From the human T2T-CHM13v2.0 reference genome, Homo sapiens, in assembly GCF_009914755.1 (NCBI RefSeq), contig NC_060927.1: a stretch of DNA of 64,000 bases; one strand, written 5' to 3'. The position numbers and the translations under genes are program-made. Under the pieces are notes generated by a model. The model saw nothing but the letters and a program-made list of their open reading frames with translations, searched no databases and was not told the DNA's origin. Below, piece by piece: positions 1 to 14,498 of this stretch (the first letter of the stretch is position 1; each line of letters begins with the position of its first letter).

Positions 1-870
1 TGAGAACCCCTGTCTCAAAGAAAAATTTTAAAAATCCATGGTATTGATCTTGTGTTTACCCAAGAATGCCACAAGACAACACAAAATAAGGGAGAGATAA
101 GATATCAAAAGGAAAAAAAGAAAAATGAAAATCAGTAGAAAGAAAATGCAGCAGAGGCTGTGCAGAGTGAGAGGGCGAAATAGAAGCCTCCACTGATAGT
201 TCCCCCCACCACCCAGAAACACTAAATTTGACAACTATCTGTACAAAAAAGCACCTTCATAAGAACCAAAAATCAGGTAAGCAATCGCAGTACCTGGTTT
301 TAACTTCGTTTTGCTGAAAGAGGCACTGAAGAGGGTAGGAAAGACGGCTTTGAATTGCTGACGACACTCTCCACCCCCTGGCAGCAGCCACACGGCACGG
401 GTAGGATCTGAGCAGCTGTGGGAGGGCGGGCGCGGCACCTGAGATGTGCATTGAACTCAGTGCTGCCGTCACAGTGGAAAAAGCAAAACCGGGTTGAACT
501 CGGGTGACGCCCACCCATGGAGGGAGCACTGAGACCAGCCCCAGCCAGAGGAGAACCGCCCAGCCTAGCAGTGGGACCCGAGTCCCAGCAAGCCTCAGCA
601 TCTCGGGCTACGCCGCTCTGGGGTCCTCAATACACTTGAAAGGCGGTCTAGGCCAGGAGGACTACGACCCTCTACAACCCTTACGCAAGCCCTGGTCCTG
701 GTGCCTGTGGACTTGGGGGACTTGGACCTAGTGAGACACCAGCCATGGTGGTTAAGGGAGTGCTTGTGTCACCCATCCCCCAACCTCAGGCAGTGCAGCC
801 TCTAAAAGAGATTTCCCCTTCTTCTGTTTGAGGAGAGGGAAGAGTACAGAGGACTTTGTCTTGCATCTTG

Positions 871-1239
871 GATACCAGCTCAGCCACAGCAGAATAGAGC
901 ACTGGGCAGAGGACACCAGCTCAGCCACAGCAGAACAAGGCACTGGGCAGAGGATAGCAGCTCAGCCACAGCAGAACAGGGCACTCAGCAGAGGACACCA
1001 GCTCAGCCACAGCAGAACAAGGCTCTGGGCAGAGGATACCAGCTCAGCCACAGCAGAACAGGGCACTCGGCAGAGGATACCAGCTCAGCCACAGTAGAAT
1101 AGGGCACTGGGCAGAGGATACCAGCTCAGCCACAGCAGAACAAGGCTCTGGGCAGAGGATACCAGCTCAGCCGCAGTAGAATAGGGCACTGGGCAGAGGA
1201 TACCAGCTCAGCCACAGCAGAATAGGGCTCTGGGCAGAG
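871..1239 (+). repeat. Minisatellite, 9 x 41 bp, inside the L1 5'UTR
   Basis: Unit gataccagctcagccacagcagaatagggcactgggcagag starts at 871, 912, 953, 994, 1035, 1076, 1117, 1158 and 1199. Confidence 0.95.
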
Positions 1240-1604
1240 TCATGAGGCCCCCACTCCAGGCCTTAGCTCCTGGGTGGCCTTCCTAGACACACCTTGGGCC
1301 AGAAGGGAACCCACTGCCTTGTAGGGGAGGGCCCAGTCCTGGCAGGATTCATCATCTACTGACGAAAGAGCCCCCGGGCCCTGAATAACCAGCAGGGGTC
1401 CACAGGGGTACACCATGGGCCTTGGGTGAGACTCTTGAGATGTGCTGCCTTCGAAGACATGGTAGTGGCTATGGTGAGAGACTCCTGCTTGAGAAAAGCA
1501 GAGGAAAAAGTAAAAGGGGACTCTGTCTTACACCCTAGGTACCACCTCAACTATAATGGGGTAGAGTACCAAGAGGCTCTTGGAGTCCCCAGTTCAGGCC
1601 TTGA

Positions 1605-1896
<292 letters not shown>

Positions 1897-3823
1897 CAAG
1901 GCCTTGACTCTTGGATGGCATTTCTGGTCCTGTTCTGGGCAAGAGGGTAGCCCACTCCCCTGAAGAGTAAGTCCCAGGCCTGGCAGCATTCACCACAAAC
2001 TGACTGGAGAGTCCTTGGGCCTTAGCTGAACATCAGCAGTAGCCTGGCGGCACTCTCCATGGGCCTGTGGTAGTAGTGGCCATGAGCAGCGGCTCCTCCG
2101 CATGTGGAAAGCAGATGGAAGAGGAGGAAGGACTTTGTCTTGTGGCTTGAAGGCCAGCTTAGCTGCAGGAGTTTAGAGCATAAGGTAGACTTCTAAGGTT
2201 TTTGACTCCAGCTCTTGGCTCCCAGACAGCATCTCTGGACCCGCCCAGGGCCTGGGGGGACTGGCCACTCTGAAGGGAAGGATACAAGCCTGGCTGATTT
2301 CGCCACCTGCTGATTGTAGAGTCCTAGGGCCTTGAGTGAACATAGGTGGTAGCCAGGTAGTGGTTACAGCCTTGGGTGAGACCAGGTGCTGTGCTGGCTT
2401 CAGGTATGACCTAGCACAGTCCCAGTGGTGGTGGTCACCAGGGGGCTTGTGTCACCCCATTCTCAGCTCCAGGTAGCTCAGCAAAGAGTTAGAGACTCTG
2501 GGAGAAAGTAAGGAAAAAGAACAAGAGTCTCTCCCTGGCAATCCAGAAAATTCTTCTGGATCTTATTTAAGACCACCAAGGTGATACCTCTACATGTCTG
2601 CATGAACCACAGAATTAGGGGCTTGGAGTGTTCCCTAATGAGGTACGGCTTAGACCACAACACTCAAGTCCCTTCGTATGCCTAGAAAGCCTTTGCAAGA
2701 AGGATGAGTACAAATAAACCCAGACTGCAAGGACTACAATGAATACGTAATTCGTCAATGCCCATATACCGATGAACATCCAGAAGCATCAAGACCATTC
2801 AGGAAAACATGACCTCACCAAACAAATGAAATAAAGCACCAGGGACTAATCGTGGAGAAACAAAGATATGTGACGTTTTAGACAGAGAATTCAAAATAGC
2901 CATTTTGAGGAAACTCAAAGAAATTCAAGATAACACAGAGAAACAATTCAGAAATCTATCAGATAAACTTAACAGAGATTGAAATAATTAAAAAGAAGCA
3001 GAAACTCTTGAGTTGAAAAATGCAATTGACATATTGAAGAAGGCATCAGAGTCTCAAGAGCAGAAGTGATCAAGCAGAAGAAGGACTTCGTGAGCCTGAA
3101 GACAGGCTATTTGAAAATACACAGGAAAGACAAAAGAAAAAAGGATAAAAGAAATGGAAAGATATTCCATGTTCATGGATTGGAAGAATCAATATTGTTA
3201 AAATGTACATTACTACCCAAAGCAATCCACAGATTCAATGCACTCCCTATCAAAATACCAATGACATTCTTCACAGCAATAGAAAAACAATCCTAAAATT
3301 TATATGGAACCACAAAAGACCCAGAATAGCCAAAGCTATCCTGAGTAAAAATAAACTGGAAGAATCACATTACCTGATTTGAAATTATACTATAGAGCTA
3401 TAGTAACCAAAACAGCATGGTACTGGAATAAAAACAGACACATAGACCAATGGAACAGAATAGAGAACCCAGAAGCAAATCAATAAATCTACACTGAATT
3501 CATTTTTGACAAAGGTACCAAGAACAAACACTGGGGAAAGGATAGTCCTTTCAATGAATGGTGCTGGGAAAACTGAATATCCATATGCAGAAGAATGAAA
3601 CTAGACTAGACAGCTATCTCTCACCATTTACAAAAATCAAATCAAAATTGGTTAAAGAGTTAAACTTAAGACCTCAAACTATGAAACTACTAAAAGAAAA
3701 CACTGGGGAAACTCTCCAGGACATTGGACTGGGCAAAGATTTCTTGAGTAATACCCCACAAGCACGAGCAACCAAAGCAAAAATGAACAAATGGATCATA
3801 TCAAGTTAAAAAGCTTCTGCACA

Positions 3824-4195
<372 letters not shown>

Positions 4196-4398
4196 CTATA
4201 TGACAAGGGTTTAATAAACAGAATATATGAAGAGCTCAAACAAGTCTATAGGAAAAAATCTAATAATGTGAAAAATGGGCCAAAAGGGCCGAGTGTAGTC
4301 ACTCACACCTATAATCCCAGCACTTTGGGAGGCCTAGGCTGGAGGAATGCTTGAGCTCGGAGTTCAAGGCCCGCCTGGGCAACAATAGTGAGATCTTG

Positions 4399-4483
4399 TC
4401 TCTCTCTCTCTCTATGTGTATAACATATACATACATACATACACACACACATATATATATACATACATATATATATACATACA

Positions 4484-4524
<41 letters not shown>

Positions 4525-4578
4525 ACATACATATATATATATACATACATATATATATATATTTTTTTTTTTTTTTTA
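4399..4578. repeat. Compound microsatellite (TC)n-(TACA)n-(CA)n-(TA)n-poly T after an Alu monomer
   Basis: Directly visible simple repeats. Confidence 0.9.
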
Positions 4579-5038
4579 AAGGGCCAAAGATCTGAATAGG
4601 CATTTCTGAAAAGAAGACACACAAACACCAAACAGACATATAGAAAGGTGCTCAGCATCACAGATCATCGGAGAAATGCAAATCAAAACTACGAGACATC
4701 ATCTCGCCCCAGTTAAAATGGTGTGTATCTAAAAGACAGGCAATAATGAATGCTAGCAAGGCTGTGGAGAAAAAGGAATCCTGGTACGGTATTGGTTGGT
4801 GGAAATGTAAATTAGCACAACCACTATGGAGAACAGTTTGGAGGATCTTCAAAAAACTAAAAATAGAGCTACCATATGATCCAGCAATTCCACTGCTAGG
4901 TATATACCCAAAAGAAAGGAAATTAGATGTGGAAGAGATGTCTGCACTCCTATGTTTATTGCAGCACTGTTCACAATAGCCAAGATTTGGAAGCAATGTA
5001 AGTGTCTACCAACAGACGAACGGATAAAGAAAAGGTGG

Positions 5039-5325
<287 letters not shown>

Positions 5326-5920
5326 AAAAAGGTGGGACATATAAACAATGGCGTACTATTCGGCCCAGAATGAGATTGTGTCATTTGCAACAATATAGAT
5401 GGAACTGAGGTCATTATGTTAAGTGAAATAAACCAGGCAGGGGAAGACAAACTTCACATGTTCTTCTTTGTGAGAGCTAAAAATTAAAACAATTGAACTC
5501 ATGGAGGTCGAGAGTAGAAGGGTGGTTACCAGAAGCTGGGAAGGTAGTGGGGGATGCGGAGGGTGTGGGGATGGTTAATGTGTACAAAAAAGTAGAAAGA
5601 ATGAATAAGACCCAGCATTTGGTAGCAAAACAGGGCGACCATAGTCAATAATTTAATTGTAAATTTAAAAAGAACCAAACGCGTGTAATGAGATCATTTG
5701 TAGCACAAAGGATAAAGGCTCAAGGTGATGGAGACCCCAATTCCCCTGATGTGACTCCCACGTGTCACACGCCTGTATCAAAGTACGTCATGCACTCCAT
5801 AAGTATATACACCTACTATGTGCCCACAAAAATTAAAAATTAGAAAAAGAAAAGAGTTTAAAATAGAAACAATTTTAAGTCTATAAATCAGTTTTTCAGC
5901 AGTCTATTAAAGGAATAACA

Positions 5921-6208
5921 GGCCGGGTGTGATGGCTCACACCTGTAATCTCAGCACTTCGGGAGGCTGAGGCGGGTGGATCACCTGAGGTCAGGAGTTT
6001 GAGACCAGCCTGACCAACATAAGAAACCCTGTCTCCACTAAAAAAAATACAAAATTACCCAGGCATGGTGGCAGGCGCCTGTAATCCCAGCTACTCGGGA
6101 GGCTGAGGCAGGAGAATCACTTGAACTCGGGAGGCGGAGGCTGCGGTGAGCTGAGATCGTGCCACTGGGCAACAAGAACAAAATTCCAATCTCAGAAGAA
6201 AAAAAAAA
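5921..6208 (+). mobile_element. AluS
   Basis: Alu dimer with A tail; TSD aaaggaataaca. Confidence 0.9.
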
Positions 6209-6489
6209 GGAATAACACATTATGATCGAGTAAGGTTTATCCCAAGAATTTGAAGATGACTCAACATCAGCAAGTCTATTAATGTATTTCCCTTTATTAA
6301 CATATTAAAGAAGAGAAAACAATATCATCTCAATTAATGAAAAAAAAATCCATCTCAAAATTGAGTACTCATCCTGATGAGAAGAAAAACTTTTAACAAG
6401 AAAAAAAGATACTTCCTGAAGTTGATAAAGCTTGTCTACCAGAAACCTACAGAGTAAATCTCACAGTTGATGATTAAAAAAAAAAAAAC

Positions 6490-6760
6490 TCATTTGTGGC
6501 AGTTACCAATTTACTGCCTGTCAGCTCCAAATCCACCTCTTTGCTTTGTGAAAGTGGATGCTTGCTGTGAACGTTTTTCTTGCCAGCTGACAAAATGCTA
6601 AGCTGTGTCAGTAGAGGGCGCTGGAGGCACACGACAGGAGGGCGTCTCACTGTCCGGTCACCAGAGTGCGGCTGCCAGCGGTATGTGGGTGGGACACCCG
6701 GCCGCACTTGTCCACCCACACGTTTTACTGAGACCGCGCAGGAGGATTCCTGCTGGCCAA
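6490..6760 (-). mobile_element. ERVL LTR fragment (LTR33-like)
   Basis: aatttactgcctgtcagctccaaatccacc...gtagagggcgctggagg resembles the LTR33-family consensus. Strand is uncertain. Confidence 0.5.
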
Positions 6761-6974
6761 ACACGTTATGACCTAGTAGGGTTTATCCCAGGAATTTAAA
6801 GATGACTCAAATCAGCAACTCTCTCAATGTATTCTACTTTATTAACATATTAAAGGAGAAAAAATAACTCAATGGACAAAAAAACTGTTTTTCTTTTTTT
6901 TTTTTCCCTAATTGAGTACGCATCCAGATTAGGAAAACAAAACAAAACAACAAAAAAAACTTTTAGTAAGGTAT

Positions 6975-9620
6975 CTGTCACCTAACCACCATTAATCTCC
7001 CATTTTGACTAGTGGCCACGCTGTCACTTTGGGTCCCCGTGCATGAACATCAATTCAGAGCCAATGCTTCAGTCATCTCAGAAGGCCTGGGTAGTTTGCT
7101 TTCCCCAGTGCACAGTCACTCTGTAAATAGCACAGGTCTTCTGAGTAGGGCCTAGAGGGAGACTTACAGTAGGTACTTGCAGCAGGGCTGCAGAGTTCAT
7201 TCTTTGGGGGAAATCCCCCCACACCCTCACACCCCAGTTCATAAAGGGGCCCTGGGGCTGTGAACTGACTCAGTCCTAAGAGCTAGGGGAGAGGCCGTGA
7301 CTCTCTGCTGTGGTGATTCAAATCAGGTTTCTGGCTACCAGACCCAGAATTTTTTTCTGTTATACTTGAGTAGGCAGCCCAACAATTTTGTTCCTAGAGA
7401 TACCATCATTCATTAGCCATTGCCAAGAATCCCAGTGGCCAAAGGCATTCTGATTACATCTCTGCCGCCCTTCGTGGTAAATGTGCCCACCTTATCTCTG
7501 ACAATTAAGTGCTCCCAATTATCCGGAGGCACTTCAGGATCCCATCACCCCACTGATACCAGGAAGCTCATCTCAATGACAACATCCTTAGGGTCACACC
7601 TGCCTATGTAGGAAAGCAAGCACAGAGCTTTTAGAGAGGCAGATGCTCCCCTCACTATTCTATTTCTCAATGTCTTAGTAAAGAAGTGTCTTCTGGGCCT
7701 TCTCATGGTTAGGAATGGGTGCTTGGTGGTAGACGTGTAAGTCACACATGATAAATCCACTGTGACATTCCTGTCTCCCTACATCTTTGGATTCTCTCCC
7801 CCAAATCATAGCAGGGAAGCTCTGACATCTCCACCTCATCAAATGTAGGCAAATGTTGAGTCACCTCCTGCTGCTCAAGCTAAACCATGAAATCCAGACT
7901 CTCTGGTAAGTGCATCTATATCAATGAATTAAACAAATGGAGTGTGATAGCCTACCCTGTTGGATCTAACACTCTTAGAATCAACTCGACATGTTTCCCA
8001 GGTTTCTTCCAATATTTATTAGCAAAATCTTACCATTCTTTTGGTGTGTAAGTGATTTCCTTCTGAGTTAGTTATCTGAGTTTTATGTCCCACTGTAACA
8101 TGCTAAGATTTGACCCTAGTTATGGATCCAGTGACAACAGGGGTGACTGTACCAGGTCTGAAGAGTGAGCCGTTTCCAAGGCATCCTCCCAGATGAAGTT
8201 ATCACAGGGGTGACTGTACCAGGTCTGAAGAGCAACCCTTTCCAAGGCATCCTCCCAGATGAAGTTATCACAGGGGTGACTGTACCAGGTCTGAAGAGCA
8301 ACCCTTTCCAAGGCACCCTCCCAGATGAAGTTATCACAGGGGTGACTGTACCACGTCTGAAGAGTGACCCCTTTCCCAGGCATCCTCCCAGATGAAGTTA
8401 TCACAGGGGTGACTGTACCAGGTCTGAAGAGCAACCCTTTCCCAGGCATCCTCCCAGATGAAGTTATCACAGGGGTGGTGACTGTACCAGGTGTGAAGAG
8501 CGAGCAACCCTTTCCAAGGCATCCTCCCAGATGAAGTTATCACAGGGGTGACTGTACCAGGTCTGAACAGTGAGCCCTTTCCAAGGCATCCTCCCAGATG
8601 AAGTTATCACAGGGGTGACTGTACCAGGTCTGAAGAGCGATCCCTTTCCAAGGCACCCTCCCAGATGAAGTTATCACAGGGGTGAATGTACCAGGTCTGA
8701 AGAGTGACCCCTTTCCCAGGCATCCTCCCAGATGAAGTTATCACAGGGGTGACTGTACCAGGTCTGAAGAGCAACCCTTTCCAAGGCATCCTCCCAGATG
8801 AAGTTATCACAGGGGTGACTGTACCACGTCTGAAGAGTGACCCCTTTCCCAGGCATCCTCCCAGATGAAGTTATCACAGGGGTGACTGTACCAGGTCTGA
8901 AGAGCAACCCTTTCCAAGGCACCCTCCCAGATGAAGTTATCACAGGGGTGACTGTACCACGTCTGAAGAGTGACCCCTTTCCCAGGCATCCTCCCAGATG
9001 AAGTTATCACAGGGGTGACTGTACCAGGTCTGAAGAGCAAGCAACCCTTTCCAAGGCACCCTCCCAGATGAAGTTATCACAGGGGTGGTGACTGTACCAG
9101 GTCTGAAGAGCAACCCTTTCCAAGGCACCCTCCCAGATGAAGTTATCACAGGGGTGGTGACTGTACCAGGTCTGAAGAGCGAGCAACCCTTTCCCAGGCA
9201 TCCTCCCAGATGAAGTCATCACAGGGGTGGTGACTGTACCAGGTCTGAAGAGTGACCCCTTTCCCAGGCATCCTCCCAGATGAAGTTATCACAGGGGTGA
9301 CTGTACCAGGTCTGAAGAGCAAGCAACCCTTTCCAAGGCACCCTCCCAGATGAAGTTATCACAGGGGTGACTGTACCAGGTCTGAAGAGCGAGCAACCCT
9401 TTCCAAGGCATCCTCCCAGATGAAGTTATCACAGGATCTTCAGGCAAAGGAAGTGCGGTGTCCTCAGACACAGGAGGGCAGGGTACTTCCGCTGCCAAGG
9501 GAGCTTTAAAGTGATTTGCCAGTTTCATCCGAATCTGAGCAGGTGTTCTCATTCCAAGTTTCAGGGTCCTGTTCTTTCCCTGTGAGTGCTCTAACTTGCA
9601 TATCAGTAACTTGGCATGAC
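6975..9620 (-). mobile_element. ERVL internal region remnant (gag/pro), containing a minisatellite
   Basis: Degenerate protease-like LxxGSEL segment near 7045-7075. Gag-like peptides FFTKTLRNRIVRGASASLK (ORF 7545..7760) and PPVSEDTALPLPEDPV (ORF 9289..9552). Confidence 0.6.
8137..9435. repeat. Minisatellite (VNTR), 19 units of 66-73 bp
   Basis: Unit acagggg(tgg)tgactgtaccaggtctgaagag[variable]ctttcc(a/c)aggca(t/c)cctcccagatgaagttatc starts at 8137, 8204, 8270, 8336, 8403, 8469, 8542, 8609, 8676, 8743, 8809, 8876, 8942, 9009, 9079, 9148, 9221, 9291 and 9361. Confidence 0.97.
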
Positions 9621-10166
9621 TATGACAAACTCATGTGTAATCCTGACTAAAACACCAGAACAGTGGTGTTGTATTAACAACCAATAATAGAAAAAGGATT
9701 CCCCATTGTCACTACTACAACCAACAAGTACACTGGACTTTCTAGCTAGACAACAAGCCATGAAATGAAAACAGACATATAAATAATAAAAAGGATAATA
9801 TAAAATTGTTATTTGCATGCAGTAAGATTTTCCACCTAGGAAATCCAAATGAATCCACTGAAAAACCATTAGAGGGTTTAACAAATCCACAGCAATACAC
9901 AAAAGAAATACCTTTCCACATACCATACACTTAGAGACAGAACCAAGAAGGTTTCGCAATGTTATCACAGAAAAACCTGGAAACAACCTAAATCTACTGA
10001 CAGAATGGTTCACTAAATTTCAGTATATTCTGAGTGTGAGATATATTCTATCAATCAGCTGTACTGCTACAGAAAACATTAAAAACAAAGTAAATGTAAG
10101 AAGAAAACAACAGGCTCTGGAACACTATATATAGCATGATCCAATTTACTTAAGAAACAAATACTA

Positions 10167-10465
10167 GGCCGGGTGCAGTGGCTCATGCCTGTAATCCCAG
10201 CACTTTGGGAGGCTGAGGCCAGCAGATCACTTGAGGGCAGGAGTTCAAGACCAGCCTGACCAACATGGTGAAACCCCATCTCTACCAAAAATACAAAAAT
10301 TAGCCAGGTGTGGTGGCAGGTGCATGTAATCCCAGCTACTCGGGAGGCTGGCAGGAGAATCACTTGAACCTGGAGGCAGAGGTTGCAGTGAGCCGAGATC
10401 GCGCCATTGCACTCCAGCCTGGGCAACAGAGCAAGACTCCTCTCAAAAACAAAACAAAACAAAAA
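10167..10465 (+). mobile_element. AluS
   Basis: Alu dimer with (AAAAC)n tail. Confidence 0.9.
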
Positions 10466-11153
10466 ACCACCACTGAGAATAGGTATGTTTTTAGGTATAA
10501 GTATGTATATGAAAAGAAATACATGTGGAAGAAACTTCCCTTCAGAAAGGGGAGTAATTTAAGAGGGCTTTCACTTTCTTTAACCTATGTATTTCTGTCT
10601 GAAATTGTAGCTGGACGTGGTGGTGCACACCTGTAGTCCCAGCTACTCAGGAGGCTGAGGTGGGAGGATCACTTGGGCCCAGGAGTTTGAGGCTGCAGTG
10701 AGCTATGGTGGCACCACTGCACTGAAGCCTGGGAAACAGAGAGAGACCCTGTCCCTAAAAAATAAAAAATAAAAAAATATATACTTATGTATTGCTTGTG
10801 TTATTGGGCTGAAGATCTGGGAAACTCTGGCGTCATCCCTTCGTGATCCATTTATCTACCAACTCACTGATAAATATCCAACACCTGCCAGGTATCTCAC
10901 ACTTGAAACAGGTAACATGATACATAATTCTTAAAGTGCAGGGCTACAGAACCCTAATTCTAATAGCCTACCAGGTATTTTTTTCAGTAAAGACCTGCAA
11001 GAGAGCATCTACAAATTCTCCTCTTTAACCACACATTTGGAATCCTTGACTGAAAACTCATTAGCTTTTTCCAAAGGCAAGCTGTATTATAACTAAGCTG
11101 GAAAATTTTCTCTTTATTCATCCAATAGGGTTATTTTGAAAGACTCCAGCTGG

Positions 11154-11556
<403 letters not shown>

Positions 11557-12101
11557 TCATATATATTTCACACAAGAAGAAATAAATTGAGTAAACATGT
11601 GGAAAAATGTTATGTTCACCTGTTAATAAGCAAAAATAAAAAATAAAACAACTCATTAAATTAGCAGACTTTGAAAAATATTGAAAATGGCTACTAATAT
11701 TGAAGAGACCTTGAAATTACTGCCTGCAACACTGCTAACGGCAGCACAGATTCGAGAGTATTAGCAATGTTTATTAAAAGTCACAAAATACTAGTCTCTG
11801 AAACAAAAATCTCATGACTGAGATTGGCTTTTAGTAAATAGTTGCCATGAAGAAAAACAGTTCTTTGGGCAAAGCTTTAATGAGTGCATTATTTATAATA
11901 ACAAACTTTAGAAACAACCTAAATATAAAAAAAAAGTGTAACAAATAAACTGTGGCACAACCATTCAATGGAACGTTAAACACAATTTTCAATTATTTTA
12001 TAAAGAAACTGTAATAACATAAAAAATGAAAAGCAATGAGTAATTTTAAAAATCTTCACTCAACTGGGAATGTTATTTTTATAGTGTAAAAGATTAGTAA
12101 A

Positions 12102-12796
<695 letters not shown>

Positions 12797-13130
12797 ATAA
12801 ATTTGTAGGTCATAATTTGACTTAATAAATTTTAAGTCATAAATTAAGTCATAATTTGAAAATTATGAGTATACAGCAATATAGAAATCGAAAAATTTCT
12901 TATGTAAGCTCAATGATAAAAGCAGAAAACAAAATTTTACCTGCACTCTCTCAAATTACAGCTATATAAGATATCTATTCAGATGCATAACCCTGAAAGA
13001 AAACATGAGCTAAAGTTCATTAGGCTGAAAGAATGATGGTTGGTTTTCCTTCAAAATATTCTTTTTGTTTCCTCAGTATAAGCAGAGTACAAAAAAAAAG
13101 TCAAAGCATAGAAAAGCTGTGGGGACCCAC

Positions 13131-13205
13131 CTGCTGCTCCTTTCTAAGGAACATTTCAATCTCTGTATGAGTCCGGGCCTCTTCTTCGGTTTTCATCCTG
13201 AGTTT
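13131..13205 (-). CDS. IQCG: IQCG/DRC9 coding exon 7 of 7 in window (KLRMKTEEEARTHTEIEMFLRKEQQ)
   Basis: ttcttacag|AAA acceptor and CAG|gtgggt donor; 75 nt, phase 0-0, in frame with the previous exon (codons 297-321). Confidence 0.95.
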
Positions 13206-13775
13206 CTGTAAGAACAATCAGATACCAGTACGTCTTCCCCGCAGGGCTGGGAATCAGAAGTTCTCAAGATGAGAGCAGCAGCTCGGTCGGTAGCTGAGGC
13301 TCCCTTTACCAGCTGGGATCCCGGGCTTTCAGTTCCCTGCAACTCCTGTTCACCAACACTGCAGAGCCACGTGGCGCGGCACTGTGTGGACTGCGTGTGT
13401 CCCTAACGAGACGAGCACAATCCCGTGAGCTGAACAGAGGTGCCCACTGAAGGACAGAAACGGCGCTCCAAGGGCACAAGGCTGTGGGGCTTAAAAAGGG
13501 GGATTCCGGAGTGCCAGGAAGAGTGTTGACGTGGCCTTGAGCCACGTCAGTCTCAGAGCGAGGAGTCCTCCCACACACAGATTCCACGGCCCAAGGACGT
13601 TTGTTCCTGCTTCCCTCTTCCCATCTGCCTGCTGCTCTTTCTTGTTTTCTTTTCTTTTTTGTGAGAAGGGAGTCTCCCTAGTTGAAGTCTGAAGTTGCCC
13701 AGGCTGGCTTCAAACTCAAGGATCCTCCTGCCTCACTGCCTCACCTCCGATTAGCTGGGACTAGTGCCTGGCTTT

Positions 13776-13824
13776 GCGTGTGTGCGTGCGTGCGTGCGTG
13801 CGTGTGTGCGTGCGTGCGTGTGTG
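13776..13824. repeat. (GTGC)n/(GT)n alternating purine-pyrimidine tract
   Basis: gcgtgtgtgcgtgcgtgcgtgcgtgcgtgtgtgcgtgcgtgcgtgtgtg. Confidence 0.9.
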
Positions 13825-14336
13825 CCATTTAGCATTCCCCTCAAAGAAGATCTACCACTTCTTTCTTCCTCCTGGCATTTTTCACCGTGACTTCTCATCC
13901 TATAAACTCAGGTTTGAACGAAGTTCAGCGCTCTCGATGCTGTATTTCTTACTGGAGGAGTGAAAGGTACTGGTTAGATGAAAGAAACAGCAGCAAAATC
14001 CTGCCATAACTAAGCACCTCGTTTTGCCCTCTCCCTATAATTAGTCAGAAAAATGGTGATTGGTTTGCCAAAATAAGAAGTGACCAAGGAGAGAAAGTGC
14101 AGCCAATTTTCAAAGTCATTATGAGGCGGGAGATGGAGGCTACAGCCCACTGGAATCTCTGCTTGCGAACACGCATATCCTCATTTAGGCTTTTATTTTC
14201 AACCTCAAGTGGAGGGGCTGTTGCCGATAGAGATGGAGGGAAATCTTTGTCTCCCTCCTTTGTTAGCTGAGAGGGGATCAGGAGTGACAGCTCAATTGCC
14301 ATCTCCTGGGTTCTTGGCTAATGTCCCAGGGATTAC

Positions 14337-14498
14337 CTCAATCTCTTCCACCAAGAGTTCCTCTGTTCTGTTACACTTTTTCTGGGTCTGGGCAATCTGC
14401 AGCTCGGTATTGGTTTTCATGTAGCGATTCTCCAAGTTGGATTTTGCCTTCATCTCTTGCAGTTGGTCCTTGAGGTTAGCAATATACTCATTCTGACT
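14337..14498 (-). CDS. IQCG: IQCG coding exon ([28 protein letters not shown]...LLVEEIE), coiled coil
   Basis: ccactacag|AGT acceptor and GAG|gtaatc donor; 162 nt; contained in ORF 14292..14537. Confidence 0.96.

Noticed and set aside
8137-9435. CRISPR-like appearance (constant repeat with variable insert)
   Set aside because: The variable part is only 6-10 nt and recurs, there are no unique spacers or cas genes, and the context is a primate intron. It is a minisatellite.
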